64,000 nucleotides of DNA, from contig NC_134028.1 in the NCBI RefSeq assembly GCF_964204645.1, forward strand, positions 10,230,001 through 10,294,000, given 5' to 3'. Numbering within the stretch: the first letter of the stretch is position 1; the number at the start of each line of letters is the position of its first letter. Origin of the DNA: Tubulanus polymorphus. Lineage: Eukaryota; Animalia; Nemertea. Made by a program: the position numbers and the translations under genes. A model generated the notes under the pieces. The model saw only the letters and a list, made by a program, of their open reading frames with translations, made no database searches and was not told where the DNA came from. This document shows positions 13,140 to 25,915 of this stretch, one piece after another.

Positions 13140-13675
13140 GCTAACTGTTGACCAATTTTACTCTGATTATAGACCATTTGTACTCGTCAACAATGTCTAC
13201 AACCCTGATTGTCAACCGATTCTACTCGTCGACAATGTCTACATCCCTGATTGTAGACCATTTTTACTCGTCGACAATGTCTAATAACCCTGATTTTCGA
13301 CCGATTTTACTTGTCGACAATGTCTACAACCCTGATTATAGACCATTTGTACTCGTCGGCAATGTCTATGATTAGGCTACCCTTATACAGAGTGGCTGGG
13401 ATCGAGGGCGCGCCTGTGTGCGTGGATTACCTTTATACAAAGTGGCTGGGATCGAGGGGCTGCGTGTGTGCGTGGATTACCCTTATATAGAGTGGCTGGG
13501 ATTGAAGCGCTGCGTGCTTCCATCAGTTGATTTTCACAATCAGGATTGTAGACATTGTCGACGAGTAAATTCGGTCGACAATCGGGGTTTGACACATTGT
13601 CGACTTGTAGAATCGGTCGCCAATCGGGGTTGTAGACATTGTTGACGAGTAGAATCGGTCGATAATCGGGAACCA
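13140..13675. repeat. Foldback minisatellite: ~42-bp units forward (13140-13375) and inverted (13535-13675) around three copies of a different ~42-bp unit
   Basis: Unit actcgtcgacaatgtctacaaccctgattg and its reverse complement; central unit ttatacagagtggctgggatcgaggg. Confidence 0.9.
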
Positions 13676-16459
13676 AACTATTCACTTCATTAAAGAAAAC
13701 CCACCACGGCGGAACTATATTGACCTATTCTGGAGTTGAACCACAATGCCCCACATACAAATCATTATTCTGAAAGCCCGTGCAATAATTAAGAAATATT
13801 TGGAAGAATAGTTTAAAATCTGCCCACTTGTTCTAGAGAAAATAAAGAAGTTTTGCCAAGAATTTCTGTCATTTTTGGTATACTGGTTACCATGGTTACA
13901 CTAATCTGATTGTTGAAATTTTGTAGTATTTAATCCTTCCAGTAATCCGACTTACATAATTTCAGTACAATCTGATCACAAGTCTCTGAGATATGGGCCT
14001 TGCACCAAAAACAACCTTAATTTTGTTTGTAATTTTCTTGCTGCCATATAACCTTACACTCTCATCATCACCATATGAACATTTTTTCTCCATAGTGTGG
14101 TCGAGTTTTGAGACAGTCTCCTCTTTTGCGTTTTTAACCAGATTTTCGATGGTATGTTTCATGCAAATAACACATTGGCTGTCTACAACACAGATCCTCT
14201 TCAGAACAGCATCCCCACTTCCAACTTCCATTTTCAAACACCCAGCCTGAACTTATTTGTTGTCTATTGCTATGTAACAAACTTAGGCTAATCTTGATTT
14301 TGGGGAAGTTTTGGGATGGTTTTTAAAAGCATCTGTCAAACATGTTCAATGAGGGTGTGTACCTGGGACGTATACATAGTGCTTGGCGCTTTAGTCTTTC
14401 TGTCCTGTCTGTATCCATGGCAACAGCCTTAACACTTACTTAAAAACCAGGAAGTAAGTAGTAGTATAAGTACATGTATTAGCAACGGATCATCAATAGA
14501 TCCTTTACTTTCTGTAGACAAAACTAATAGCTTGAGCCGCCAAAACATGGTTTTTCTGCCAAATCACTTTCAAATTTAAGCTTCAGTTGCCATGGTAACT
14601 TTTTTATTGTCATTGTTACCCATGGTCGAGAATGGTAGCCTAACTCCATCTTATAAAATGACACTAGACGGATTGGTATTATTCTATAATTTCCATGTAA
14701 CAATGCAACAGTTATGACAACAGAGCAAAAAAAAGCAAAAAATGGGCCAAAAAGCAAAAACTCTGTGATTTTTCGGTACCTTCCCTGCATCTTATATGAT
14801 TAACAGCTGTAGATTAAGAATATATGGATATTTAATGTTAAGATACAGTTTAAATTATTATAAAATGTTAATTTGTCTTCCCGAGAGAGCATTTTTATTT
14901 TTTGTTTGCAATTTTGCAAAATTATGACCACTGGCTAAGTAGAAATGGTTGTCCTGGCAACCAAATCAACAATGAAAAAATGGCACCAAATTTTTTCTGT
15001 AACTACAAGTTCCATAGATTCAGAAAATGTTTGCTGCCAAGCTTTAACATGAAATTTTCACTCGAGACATATGCTCCTGGACTAATAAGGAAATACCAAG
15101 TTATTTTACTTTTCAATGCCCCCTGGTGACCATATAGCATAACTAATGTCCTTAAAACTGACCACAATCATAGGCGATGTCATGAGCTACAACTTTGCGA
15201 TTGATTGTGGTAACGAAATATGCATTGGTACAAATATAATACAGAAATACTAAGATATTATATTATTCGACGCCCCCTGGTGGCCATATACAAAAACTAG
15301 CGACCTTGAAACTAACACAATCATAGAACACCTTATAAGCTACAACTTTCTAATTCATTGCGGTAACAAAATGCCTATGTATCAATATAATGTCGAAAAT
15401 CTTTTTCCCACCTACGAATTAGTACCGATAACACCAAGATGACCGCTAATTGCGTCACAATTGGCTGATAAAAAATACCTATCTCAGGTATAAAACATCC
15501 CTTTTCCAAAGAATACCCATCAGCAATTGCAATGAGAAATGGCAAACCAGTCGGAAGTTACAGGACTCAGAATTCGGGCCAAAATTGACTTTTTTAGGCA
15601 CTAAAAAGGTCTTAGGACGGCCATCTTGAGTCCGATCGACCCAATTTTTTGTTATGCTTATGGGCCATGGGGCGATCCAAATATTTACAAAAGATCAAGG
15701 TAATTGATCAAAGCATCTTCAAAATTTCCCTCAAAAAGTTCAAAAACGTACAAAAAGTGCTGATTTTGGCAAACAACAATGGCAGCCAGTCAGCCATCTT
15801 GATTCTGACTGTTTTTGGGCTGAAGATGTGTCTAGGGTAGATGATACATGTGTGACCCAAATATCAAGACATTACATTGAAGTGTCTTCAAAACTTCCCA
15901 AAATAACTGGATTCCGTCTACGGACGGACGCACGGACCCCGAGGGGGTAATTGTGGGGTGACCTACTGCAAATCTTGGATAAAATTAGTGAGGTTTTTTT
16001 CTAATGCGGGTTGCAAAGCCCAAAGAAAAAGTGGGGTTTTGATTTCAAGGTGGGGTGCATTTCATTCAGCACTACACACATATTCAATTAAAACTAATAA
16101 CCAGATATACCACCCTACTCTTGAATACCGCCAAAATCCTTAACCACTGATATGGGTGCAGTGTATCACTGGGTCACTGTACTAAGGCCTAGATTATCCT
16201 TATCCTCAGTAAAAAATATTGAAATAAATCCATCTTTATTCGATGTCAAATGAAGCCGACTATTTGATTCACATTCATTTATTTCTTGGCAGCATTAGGC
16301 CAGAAAAAATGTGAAATTTACAGTAGTTCCTCACTTAAAAATATCCCCTAAATTAATGGCTGGCAGTGTTCCTGTACATCATTTTTTTATTTTCATATAT
16401 ACAGACCAGGCAAGTACATTTTTAAAAATTGAACTACTGAAAATTTCTGTTGTGGTTTG

Positions 16460-17360
16460 TAATTGACAGGATATGAGATACAAGCTACATTTTTCTGACC
16501 TCACAATGTCCCGTAATCCTCTTCTGGATAATAAGAATTCATGCACATGAATAATGGCAAAGTATTGGAGACAATAATGCTAGCTTTATTGATACTTGAA
16601 ATTAGTTATACAAAAACCAATGGAAACAATAGGACATCTACAGGGTGTCTCAGAAAATGTGTTACCCAAGTCTTTAGGTTACTAACTCATTAACTATGAA
16701 TTTAATTATTATTTTGGGGGTAAAGTTGGTAGACTTGGATGTTTTCTTGAGATTGAAATGCAAAAATAAGTCATGCATGGCAGAGCTTTAGCATGTTTTG
16801 AATGGTCCTAAAAATGGTGTCGAACCAAAATTAAAGATTGTTCCATTGTGTACGTCTATTGAAAAATGAGCAGCTGCCAGTTGAAAAATATGATTTAAAA
16901 TCACCAAATCACTGGATTTCACTCTTAGTGATATTTTCCTGTCGAGAAATGTAAAAACCAAGGTATTCAAAAGACCACTAGCAGGAATCGTGGACTTGGG
17001 AAATAACAGATTTTGAGAAATACTAACTCAGATATGTCAAAATTCGAGTTGAGCTGAACTGTGATTTAGTAACTAATGATTATATTGAGTAAGTCCCAGA
17101 TAGGTCCCTTAGTTAGAAGGACCAACAATTTTGTCAAGATCTGTCTCAGTTGATTTAATTGTCATGTCTCAAATCCTGTCAAGTGGCAACAGATTTATCA
17201 ATAACCATACAAAATGCATCTAAATCCTTATTTCCTGAATTGGTTCGACTCTATTTTAAGGACCTTTAAAAAACACGCTAGTGCTAAGCCATGCATGACT
17301 TATTTTTGCATTTCAACATTCCATCCTCGATTAAACATCCGGGTCTACGAACCTTACCTA
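16460..17360. repeat. Degenerate inverted repeats, probably an old MITE
   Basis: atgcaaaaataagtcatgcatggc (~16758) pairs with gccatgcatgacttatttttgcat (~17288); ttgacaggatatgaga (~16463) pairs with tctcaaatcctgtcaa (~17167). Confidence 0.45.
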
Positions 17361-18380
17361 ATTTATTTCAATTATAGTTAATGAAAATAAATTGCCCATG
17401 GGCAAAGTGTGGTTTACCTTGAAAGCTAGAGGCTGTTTGGAGCAAGGGCATTGCCTGATAAATCTTAATAATTTTTGACTTCAAAGTTCTACAAGATTAT
17501 ATTGTATTTGATCTATCTCAAAGAATTATTTTGCAGTCAAATAAGACCAAAGATATACATTTGTTTACGGTCCACTCCACAATTTCGTAGGGTACAGGTT
17601 GGCGCGGCAGGAAACTATTTCATATTTTCAAAAAAATATTTTTCACAATATGAAAATATTGAGTCTTGGAAACCTCTTCCAATGTATGGCCTCGGAAGCT
17701 AAAATACCGGTGCAGTAAGAAATCCGCGTATAAGATCGTTTTAAATCCTGGAATTTACCACTACAATATTCAGACCTCGACCTATACCTAGAGTTCACTA
17801 CACTTCAGTGTCAATCAAAACAATCACCGGGTATTAGAATGATAGAATACCTACGGTGGATATGTGAAATAATTATATTCTCACCAGCAATGAGCATTTG
17901 AAATTTGCACATATACGGCACCTAGTTCAATGAAACTTTTGCCATTCTATGGCTTTTCAATAATTATTCTAGTAGCCATATATCCCAAAACAGCTAATCA
18001 GATTCGCTCGTAGAGACGACGCCCCCAATCGAGGTCGTTGCAATTTTATACGCAAGAGCTAAGAATTTTCCGCGCCAAAAACAGTTTTTCAACGAATTTT
18101 AACTCATCGACGGAGGTTCGCTATGCCTTCAATCGCATCAATTATACGTCGTTAAGGCCGAGAACCAAAGAAACAAATGCTCAAATAAAAAAAAACGTAC
18201 CGCGATTTTACATGAATTGGCTCAATGCCAACTCAATATCGCTAACATAGGTAAACCAAAAATTAATCTTTAAACTACCATAACACATTTTTTGAGAGAC
18301 CCTGTAGGACAAACAGAATTAACCAAATCAACTTTAATCATTCTTTATCGATCATTCAAAATACTTTCTTTTTTAAGACG

Positions 18381-18840
18381 TCACGGCTTCTGGATGCAAG
18401 CAAGCCATTCCGTTGTTAACTTAATCGCTATGTCTTCTGAATGTTTAATATTTTCACACTCTACATCTTTGGTCTGTTCTACAGTTTCCATAAGCTCCAT
18501 TATTTTGTTCAGTTCTATGTCTTCTGAATGATCAATATTTTCGCCCTCTTCATCTTTTGTCTGTTCTACAGTTTCTCTAAGTTCCATTATCTTGCCCAGT
18601 TCTATGTCTTCTGAATCATCAATATTTTAGCCCTCTACATCATTGGGTTGTTCTACCGTTTCCATAAGTTCCATTATTTTGCCCAGGTTTACGTCTACTG
18701 AATGATCCTTTTTTTCACCTTTTACATCTTTGGTATGTTCTACAGTTTCCAGAAGTTCCACATCTTAGGAATGATCCCCATTTTCACCCTCTACATCTTA
18801 GGTCTGTTCTACTATTTCTCCAAGTTCATTTATTTTGCCC
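18381..18840 (-). repeat. ~87-bp tandem repeat with coding character (29-aa acidic repeat, ETVEQTKD...ENIDHSEDIEL)
   Basis: About five units with a period divisible by 3; ORF 18381-18587 shows two of them; upstream units contain stops. Confidence 0.7.
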
Positions 18841-19058
18841 TATCATCCGAATAAAGTGGTTAGATTTCAAAGGATATGGACAAATGGGACTTGAAAATTC
18901 ATCCGGAATAGAATAATAATACTAATAATAATAATACGAACCGAATTAAGTGACATTTTTGTAAGGTATTATAATAAGAAACTGAAGGGACTTTTAAAAA
19001 TCATACAAGATACGTCAAAATCCGAGTTAAACCGATCCGAATTAAGCGGGCTTGACTG
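18841..19058. mobile_element. Tc1/mariner (pogo-like) MITE fragment
   Basis: One end reads ...CCGAATTAAGCGGGCTTGACTG followed by TA, with repeated CCGAAT motifs; the other end was not found. Confidence 0.4.
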
Positions 19059-20154
19059 TATATCAAATGGTAGCCAAGCAAGCTATAGTATAGGCTAATA
19101 AGATTAGTAGCCAACTTAGCAGACTTGTTATCAGTGCATATTCTGAAACAAAAAGACCTGTAAGTTGCACCATTTTCAAAGACAGACTAAACACTACAAC
19201 TATTGTCAACCATTAATAAGACTGAAAATTCAGCAAGATTTACATTTGAACTCCCAAAAAAGTATGGGGGAGGGGGTTAACATAACAGAAGGCCTGTGAG
19301 GTACACAAGTTTCAAAGGCAGATCAAACACTACAACCAGTGTTGACCATTAATAAGACTGAGGTGCAGGTCCATCGATCCCAGTGGGTTGCATATTCTGA
19401 AAAGAACTGTGATTTGTACCAGTTTCAAAGACAGATCAAACACTACAACCAGTGTCGACCATTAATAGGACTGAGGTGAAGGTCAATCGATCCCAGTGGT
19501 GTGACGTTTTCTAGACAGGCAACAAGTATGGTTTCAATTTAAGGCAATATATTTTAGAACATTAAGCTGAGGATGATTTTTAGTGGAAATGTTTTGAAAA
19601 TCAAACTGAGGACATTCATTATCTTGATGTGTAAACAAGTGGAAGCCTTTTGACAGTCAAAATAAGGACATGAAACTATTTTGATAAGCAACGGTCAAAC
19701 TGAGGACTTGATAATCTTGAAGTTCGATAATAGGAACCTTTATGACAGTCAACAGTCAAACCCAGGACATGCATGTATACAAATACTTAAAAAATAAAGA
19801 CCTTCACCGATAATTGTAGTGGATTCTAGATCATCATTGCTAGCTGCTGGTGATGCTGTGACAAATAATAATATTTATTTCACCATGTACATATGCAGTA
19901 TAAATGATATATAGATTATAAACAATTTACATACATACAAGGCTGGATGCTTGGAAAGCCAATGGAGGCTGTGTCCCATAGGGATCCAAGCACCCAGAAA
20001 AAAAGATCAAAATCAGAAATTAGGTAGAATGAGGGTGAATTAACGCGAAATGGGAGTAATCTCTCCGCTGTAGAAGTTTTAGATACTTCAGTTTGATTCA
20101 TTAACTTCAAAGAATTGTGCTTTAAATGACTTAAGACCAGAATTGGATTTGGGT

Positions 20155-23100
20155 TCAATAGCCATTAAAAGTGATTTCCTTAAATCTGTTTATTAGAGTG
20201 TGGGCTGTTGGAGCATTTTTGATTGAGGAATTTTGAGTTTGCAAGATAATTGGTATTTTTCCAAGAAAAGATCTATTACATAAACTTGATGAATAGGCAG
20301 CAACTCTCGGATAGTCTCTTTGTCTAGTATTATAGTTGTGGTTGAATGAATTTTTTTGAAAGATAGCAAGAATGGGTCGAGGAAGGCTAGTTTTAGTATA
20401 TCTATAGCCAGTTTTAACCAATTCCAGTTTGATCAAGTCGTCAAGCTTCAAGATTTTCATAGATTTGAATAATGGATTAGATGGTGCTCGGGAATTAGAA
20501 TTGGAAATCGTTTGTACTGCTCGCTTCTGTAATTTAAATAAGTGGTCTAAATTTTTCTTTGTTATGAGTGGAGCCCACAAATTCAGACAATACATTAAGT
20601 GACTATGCACATAACAGAAATAGTGAATAGACTTTATCCATTGTGGAACAAAATTTTTTTGACGCCTTATAAAACGTTACCATTATGAAACCTAAACAAT
20701 GTTAACCATTCAGCGTCATTTTACAAACGACAACCGTAAATCGATATGCAAAACGTCACAGGTTTATGTGTACACATACAAGCTATTTGGCAAAATATTA
20801 TTGATAAAGATGTAGAATGGCTCCCTTTGATTATATAATGACGTCTATTTGAACGTCGAAATGTTATATTGCATTGAATATCATGAGAAGACGTATTGTA
20901 ATAGTAAAGGATGTATGATTATATCAGGAGCGGCAGGCATAAATAGAAATGATAAGTAAATCGGATTATTCGGTTAAATGGCGGATGTATACACGATTTG
21001 GAAGTCTGATATAAAAGTCAGACCCTGACATGGGGATGCTAGTGGAATGACGAAGCTATCTACGATCTGAGTAGGGCCGGCGTGAATTTCATCGGCGGCT
21101 ACAAGCGGTATATATAAAAACGTGTTAACATATAATTTCAAAATTCAAATGTTTTAGAAAATATGTTCGATATAAGGGGTATGCAAGTTTCATGAGATTA
21201 GCAATTTATAATAGCATAGCTGTCATATACGGCTCCGCGTCCATTGATGGCATGTGTATAAGGTGACAATTCACCATGTGTATAAGGTGACAATTCAATT
21301 CAATACTTTATTGAAATTCCGGGATAAAATTTAAAAAACTTACAAATCTTAAAATAAGAAAATACAAAATACAAGACACATGGTTAATTCATACAGAATA
21401 ACATGAATAAGTTCTTTAAATAACAATGTCTACTTCAACCCAGACTCAAGTCTAGGATATCGAGTGACAGCCAAACCGGGCCCCAGGACCGGGCCGGCTG
21501 GCTACACGATATGCTCAACGTCATGATGAAGCAAACATCCAAAGAACTCTTTCTTCAACCATGGAGACAATGAAGTTGCAGACCAGCTTAGAGGCAAAAG
21601 TGAATCGAAGTCGGTCACAAGTAGACAATTTTTAAAAAATAAGTCCAGTTGAAGACTGTATCATCTACCCAATCGCCAAATCTCATAATTCCCCAAATTT
21701 CTTAAAACTTCGATTTCAAATTTGCAATTCCTCATTAGCTTCTCCCAGAAATTCTACATTTTTTCGCAGGCGTCAAATAATTTATTAAAGTTAATTTTCT
21801 TGTATACATCTAATTAAATACAGGTTTTTGTTGATTTTTTGAAATTATACTTCGGACATGCTCTTCAAAAGTTAAGTTCTCGTCAATATTAGGTCCTAGT
21901 AAAGTAAAGCTAGTCACCATCTTTAATGTGTCATTTCCAAATTTTAGTTCAATATCGTCGAAATTTACTTTAAACGAACGTGGTTTAAATAGCATATATG
22001 CTGTTTTGCTGATATTCAGGGTTAATTTATTTGCTTTAAACCAGTCAATAATAGAAATTAAGTCAGATTTGACATTTTGCACAAGTAATCTCAAGTTTTT
22101 TCCACTTGCTACTAGTGTACTGTCATCTGCAAAAAGAATAGATTTACAATACTTGAGGGACCCCGACAAATCATTTGTATAAATAATAAAAAGCAGTGGC
22201 CCTAAAATTGAGCCCTGTGGTATTCCATAGTCGACATTTTTAATACGAGACTTAGAATTTCTAAATTCAACAAACATTTTTCGATTTTTCAGGTAACTTG
22301 TGAACCATTTTAGGGCTGTTCCCCGAATTCCAAGCTTGATAGTTTAGATAAAAGAATGTCAATGTCAAGTGAATCGAATGCTTTCGAAAGATCTAAATAT
22401 ATACTTAACATAAATTGTTTAGAATCAATGCTGTCTATGGCATGACTCAAGAATTCTGATAGGGCATCGCAGGTTGATTGATTTTCTCTAAATCCGTATT
22501 GACTTGGATAAAATAAACTAAATCTTTTAATGATGTATATAGCCGTTTGTGTACTATTCTTTCAAGAACTTTTGATAAAACTGGCAAAAGAGAAATAGGT
22601 CTGTAATTATTCATATCGTCCTTACTTCTATTTTTGTATATAGGAATAACTTTGGCAATTTTCATGCTGGTAGGGAAGTGACCTTCAGCCATTGACTTAT
22701 TGAATACTACAGTAAGTGGTTCAGCTATTTCATGGCCAATGACCTGATCAAAATATTGTTAAAATCATCGTGTCCACAGCTGGATTTACTTGGGAGATCG
22801 TGAATAACTTTTAATACCTCGTTAGGATCTGTGGGGAAGAGAAAAATAGAAGATCCATTACGGTTTCGAAGATATTTGTCAAAAGATTTATTTGAAATGG
22901 GGATTTTTGAGGCGTACGATTTACCCACCGTATTAAAAAAATCATTGAATGAATTGCTTATTTCAAGTGGTTCATTGATAACCCTCCCACTCAGTAAATG
23001 AATCGGAAGTAATACTGGTTTTATCATTTTGTTTCCCAATGATTATTTTGAAGAAGCTCCAAAGTTATTTGGCATTATCTTTTTATGTTAGAATTCTTTT

Positions 23101-24299
23101 GGTGTAATATGCCTTTTTAGCTCGAGGTTTGATGTAGTTCAGATTATTACGATAATTTAAATACGCGATGTAACGAGGATCGGTTTTATTTAAGCCAATG
23201 ACTTTTCTATAGATTCTATCTCTTTCTTTCTGGTAGCTTTACATAAGCCTGTTGTCATCCATGGCTCAATGATAACAGTTTTTTTTATAGGTGTTTGATA
23301 AACAGGGGGAAATGTCATCTAATACAGTTTTAATGTTTTCAATGATATGATTGTATCCCTCTTCGCTACTTAGATTATTAATTTGGTTCCAGTCCTTTCT
23401 CAAAAGGGAATTTCTGATATGAAAAAATTTTTTGTTCAGATAGATCTCTATAAGTATATTGATGTGGAATTGTTTTAGGGGTATGACTTTTAGGTTTAAT
23501 AGAGACAAGGCACGGTAGGTGATCAGATAAGTGTGATGTCAAGATGAAACTTTCATAATCCAATAACTCATGAGATAGATAAATATTGTCAATTAGAGTA
23601 GCTGTTGAATGAGTTATGCGAGTTGGCTTAGTTATTGTTGGCAGAAGATTATGATCAAAATTTGAATGGAGAAATTCCACTATATTTCTGTGACAGTTGG
23701 TTTTTATTAGGTCTAGATTTTGATCCATTCCTAAAATTTTCAATTTATTTTCTAATTCAATTTTATCCAATAATGAATTATAGTCATCTATGAATTCAAG
23801 CTCACTTGTACCTGGAACTCAATGAATTTCACCAATTATGAAGTTTTTGTTATTCGGTCTAGAAATTTCAATGATACAGGATTCAAAATGGCCTTCTTTG
23901 AAAATTGTTAAGTCGTCTCTGATTTTGGAGTTATTTTTATTACTAACAAAAATTGCAACACCACCTCTCTTTCCTGACTTTCTATGTTTCTCGTAGAGTT
24001 TATAACCGGGAATGGTAAATAGATCTGAATTTTGGTCATCCATGAAGGTTTCACACAGGAGTAATATGTCGATTTCGCAATTTGATTTTTTACAGGTTTC
24101 TAATAAGAGTTTAAGGTCGTTTATTTTTGCTAGAATACTGTGTATATTTAAATGAATTATGTTAAGATTTCCATGGGTTTCATAGTGAAACATATCATGC
24201 GCTTCAATGTATGGGCAGGTATTGGTGAAAATATTTAAGTCTTTGTCAATTACGTGGGAAAGATCGAAATTTTCATCTGTTGAAATGATTTCCAGTCAT
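20155..24299 (-). pseudogene. LINE ORF2: AP endonuclease plus reverse transcriptase, fragmented
   Basis: HLNIHS, LLLCETF, GGVAIFV, KPTRIT, TLIDNI and SDHLP (endonuclease); NYRPISLLPVLSKVLE, GIPQGSILGPLLF and FADDS (RT). Confidence 0.95.
20657..21803 (+). mobile_element. Non-autonomous Helentron-like element, copy A, inserted in the LINE RT
   Basis: Subterminal inverted repeats TTTGACGCCT / AGGCGTCAAA; one end ...TTAATTTTCTTGT; inserted in a T-run with no TSD; same family as 58586-59776. Confidence 0.75.
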
Positions 24300-25029
24300 G
24301 AAATTTGTATTACCTAAACACATAATCGGACAGATGAGGTTACAGCGGACAGATAAACGATTGTAGTGTTATGACGAAGTATGACTACGTGAAATGACAG
24401 GAGTAAATGCACACACATAATAAACTATAGACACTTATGGGTAATCACCAACTTGTATATGGCTGTTATTGTGAGTGTGTCTTCAAAATACGGGAAAATA
24501 TATAATGATTTACTAGTTAATACTACAAGGATGTCCAATGGAGTGAAACCTTTTCATGCCACCAGAGTGAATGGGAAATACTCAATACCTTAATACGAGA
24601 TAGGCTCAATGAGGAATACTCACTACTCAGAGTAAATGAATAATCTTGCATGGCATGTGTCCAACCGAAGATTTGTTTACAAGTCATCTTGTGCTTATTT
24701 AAATCATTTTAGAACATATAAATGAATGGTGGATAGATAGTAGATCCAACTTATTTACTCACTTGTTTATAGCAGACTCATGACGATAAATAGCGATTTG
24801 GAAAATTTGGTATTAAAATTTATAAGTGTTCGCGCACTGCTAATTGAATAAATAATTTATATCCGATTATATTTCCGCAAGCCAGGAGTAAGTTCGATTT
24901 TTAATTCCAAACGCGAAAAAACACCATTCTAGGATAAGATTACCAAAAACGGTAGAAAAAATCCAAGTTCACAATACGATTTCGATTTTGATTCTATTGT
25001 CTACACGCACAGTCAGATTTATACACTAG

Positions 25030-25915
25030 ATTCAAACAAACGCGAAGTTAGCTCGACGTTCAGTCCGGACGATTTGTCCTCTCCGTATAAACGGCCTTTG
25101 TAGAACCAAACTTTATTGAATTTATCCGATGATTTCATGCGATTCTTCAGTTTGATTTATTCAGGTGATATGTCATCACACATGTAATAATCTAGCTTTT
25201 TTCGGCGAGTTTGGATTTCTTAGCCATGACTTTAATCTTGGTTTCCCGGCATTTGAATCGCACAATCATTGATCTGGGGTCTTCCTGGACTTGAGCTGCT
25301 TCGCCCGATTGTTTTGGTTTCGCCTGTCGGTTCACCCGGTGTGCGACATCAATGTCGTTTATCGTAATTTCAGGCATTTCTAGATCTTTTGTATCACTGC
25401 TAAGATTTCTTCTTTACAATTCTCACCAGTCTTTTCGGGTATCTTTGCAGCCGGATATTCTCACGACGTGAATACTGTTCTAGATCGATGGTTTTACGTT
25501 TTACATTATTCATTTCCTGCTCGAGGATAGTTATTTTGCCATTCAAATCGCTGTTTTGTTTATTTAGGGAGGAATTACTAGTTTCGAGGATTTCCATTTT
25601 ACTGTTGAGGTCACGGTTTATCGATTCTAAATCCGATATTCTTTCTTCAAATCGGTATAAGCGTTGGTCGAGTAACTTGTTTTGTTGGTCGAGAGATTTT
25701 GTTACGGTGGTCAACAGTTTATCATGGAAATGGGACGCCTGTTTTTCCATATCCAGTTTAAAAGACTGCATAGCAGAATTTATAGTTTCAAAAATAACTT
25801 GGTGAAAATCACTATCACAGTCATCTGACCGGCATCTTTTTGGTCGTTTTCGCGAAACGCACGGAGACTTTTTTCCAAATTTGACGATCAATGGTTTCCG
25901 ACTTCTTGTCTTGCT
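25030..25915 (-). pseudogene. LINE ORF1 (coiled coil plus RRM-like domain)
   Basis: Heptad-rich segment followed by LEQYSRRENIRL, IDVAHRV and PRSMIVRFKCRETK. Confidence 0.85.

Larger units (their letters stand above)
7695..15084 (-). mobile_element. Academ DNA transposon (XPG-type) with ~660-bp TIRs
   Basis: Termini TAGTCCAGGAGC...GCTCCTGGACTA; 3-bp TSD ATA (7692-7694 / 15085-15087); 7695-8360 is an inverted repeat of 14403-15084. Confidence 0.88.
7357..15945. mobile_element. Non-autonomous Helentron-like (HINE-type) repeat, split by the Academ insertion
   Basis: ~155-bp tandem units (caacgccccctggtgaccatat...acaatcatag) occur at 7431 and 7566 and resume at 15114 and 15267. It starts with AACTAG and has a GGAC microsatellite near 15920. 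Outer boundaries are approximate. Confidence 0.5.
19866..25915 (-). mobile_element. Non-LTR retrotransposon (CR1/L2 group), 5'-truncated within ORF1
   Basis: ORF1 and ORF2 remnants; 3' end AATAAATATTATTA; flanked by direct repeat TGACAAA (19859-19865 / 25916-25922), after which the interrupted 410-bp unit resumes. Confidence 0.92.

Noticed and set aside
13140-13675. CRISPR-like array
   Set aside because: Units are contiguous tandem repeats without unique spacers, no cas genes are present, and the context is eukaryotic.
8061-15129. ORFs 8061-8258, 14524-14790 and 14902-15129 as duplicated genes
   Set aside because: They lie within the Academ TIRs and are not conserved in frame between the arms.
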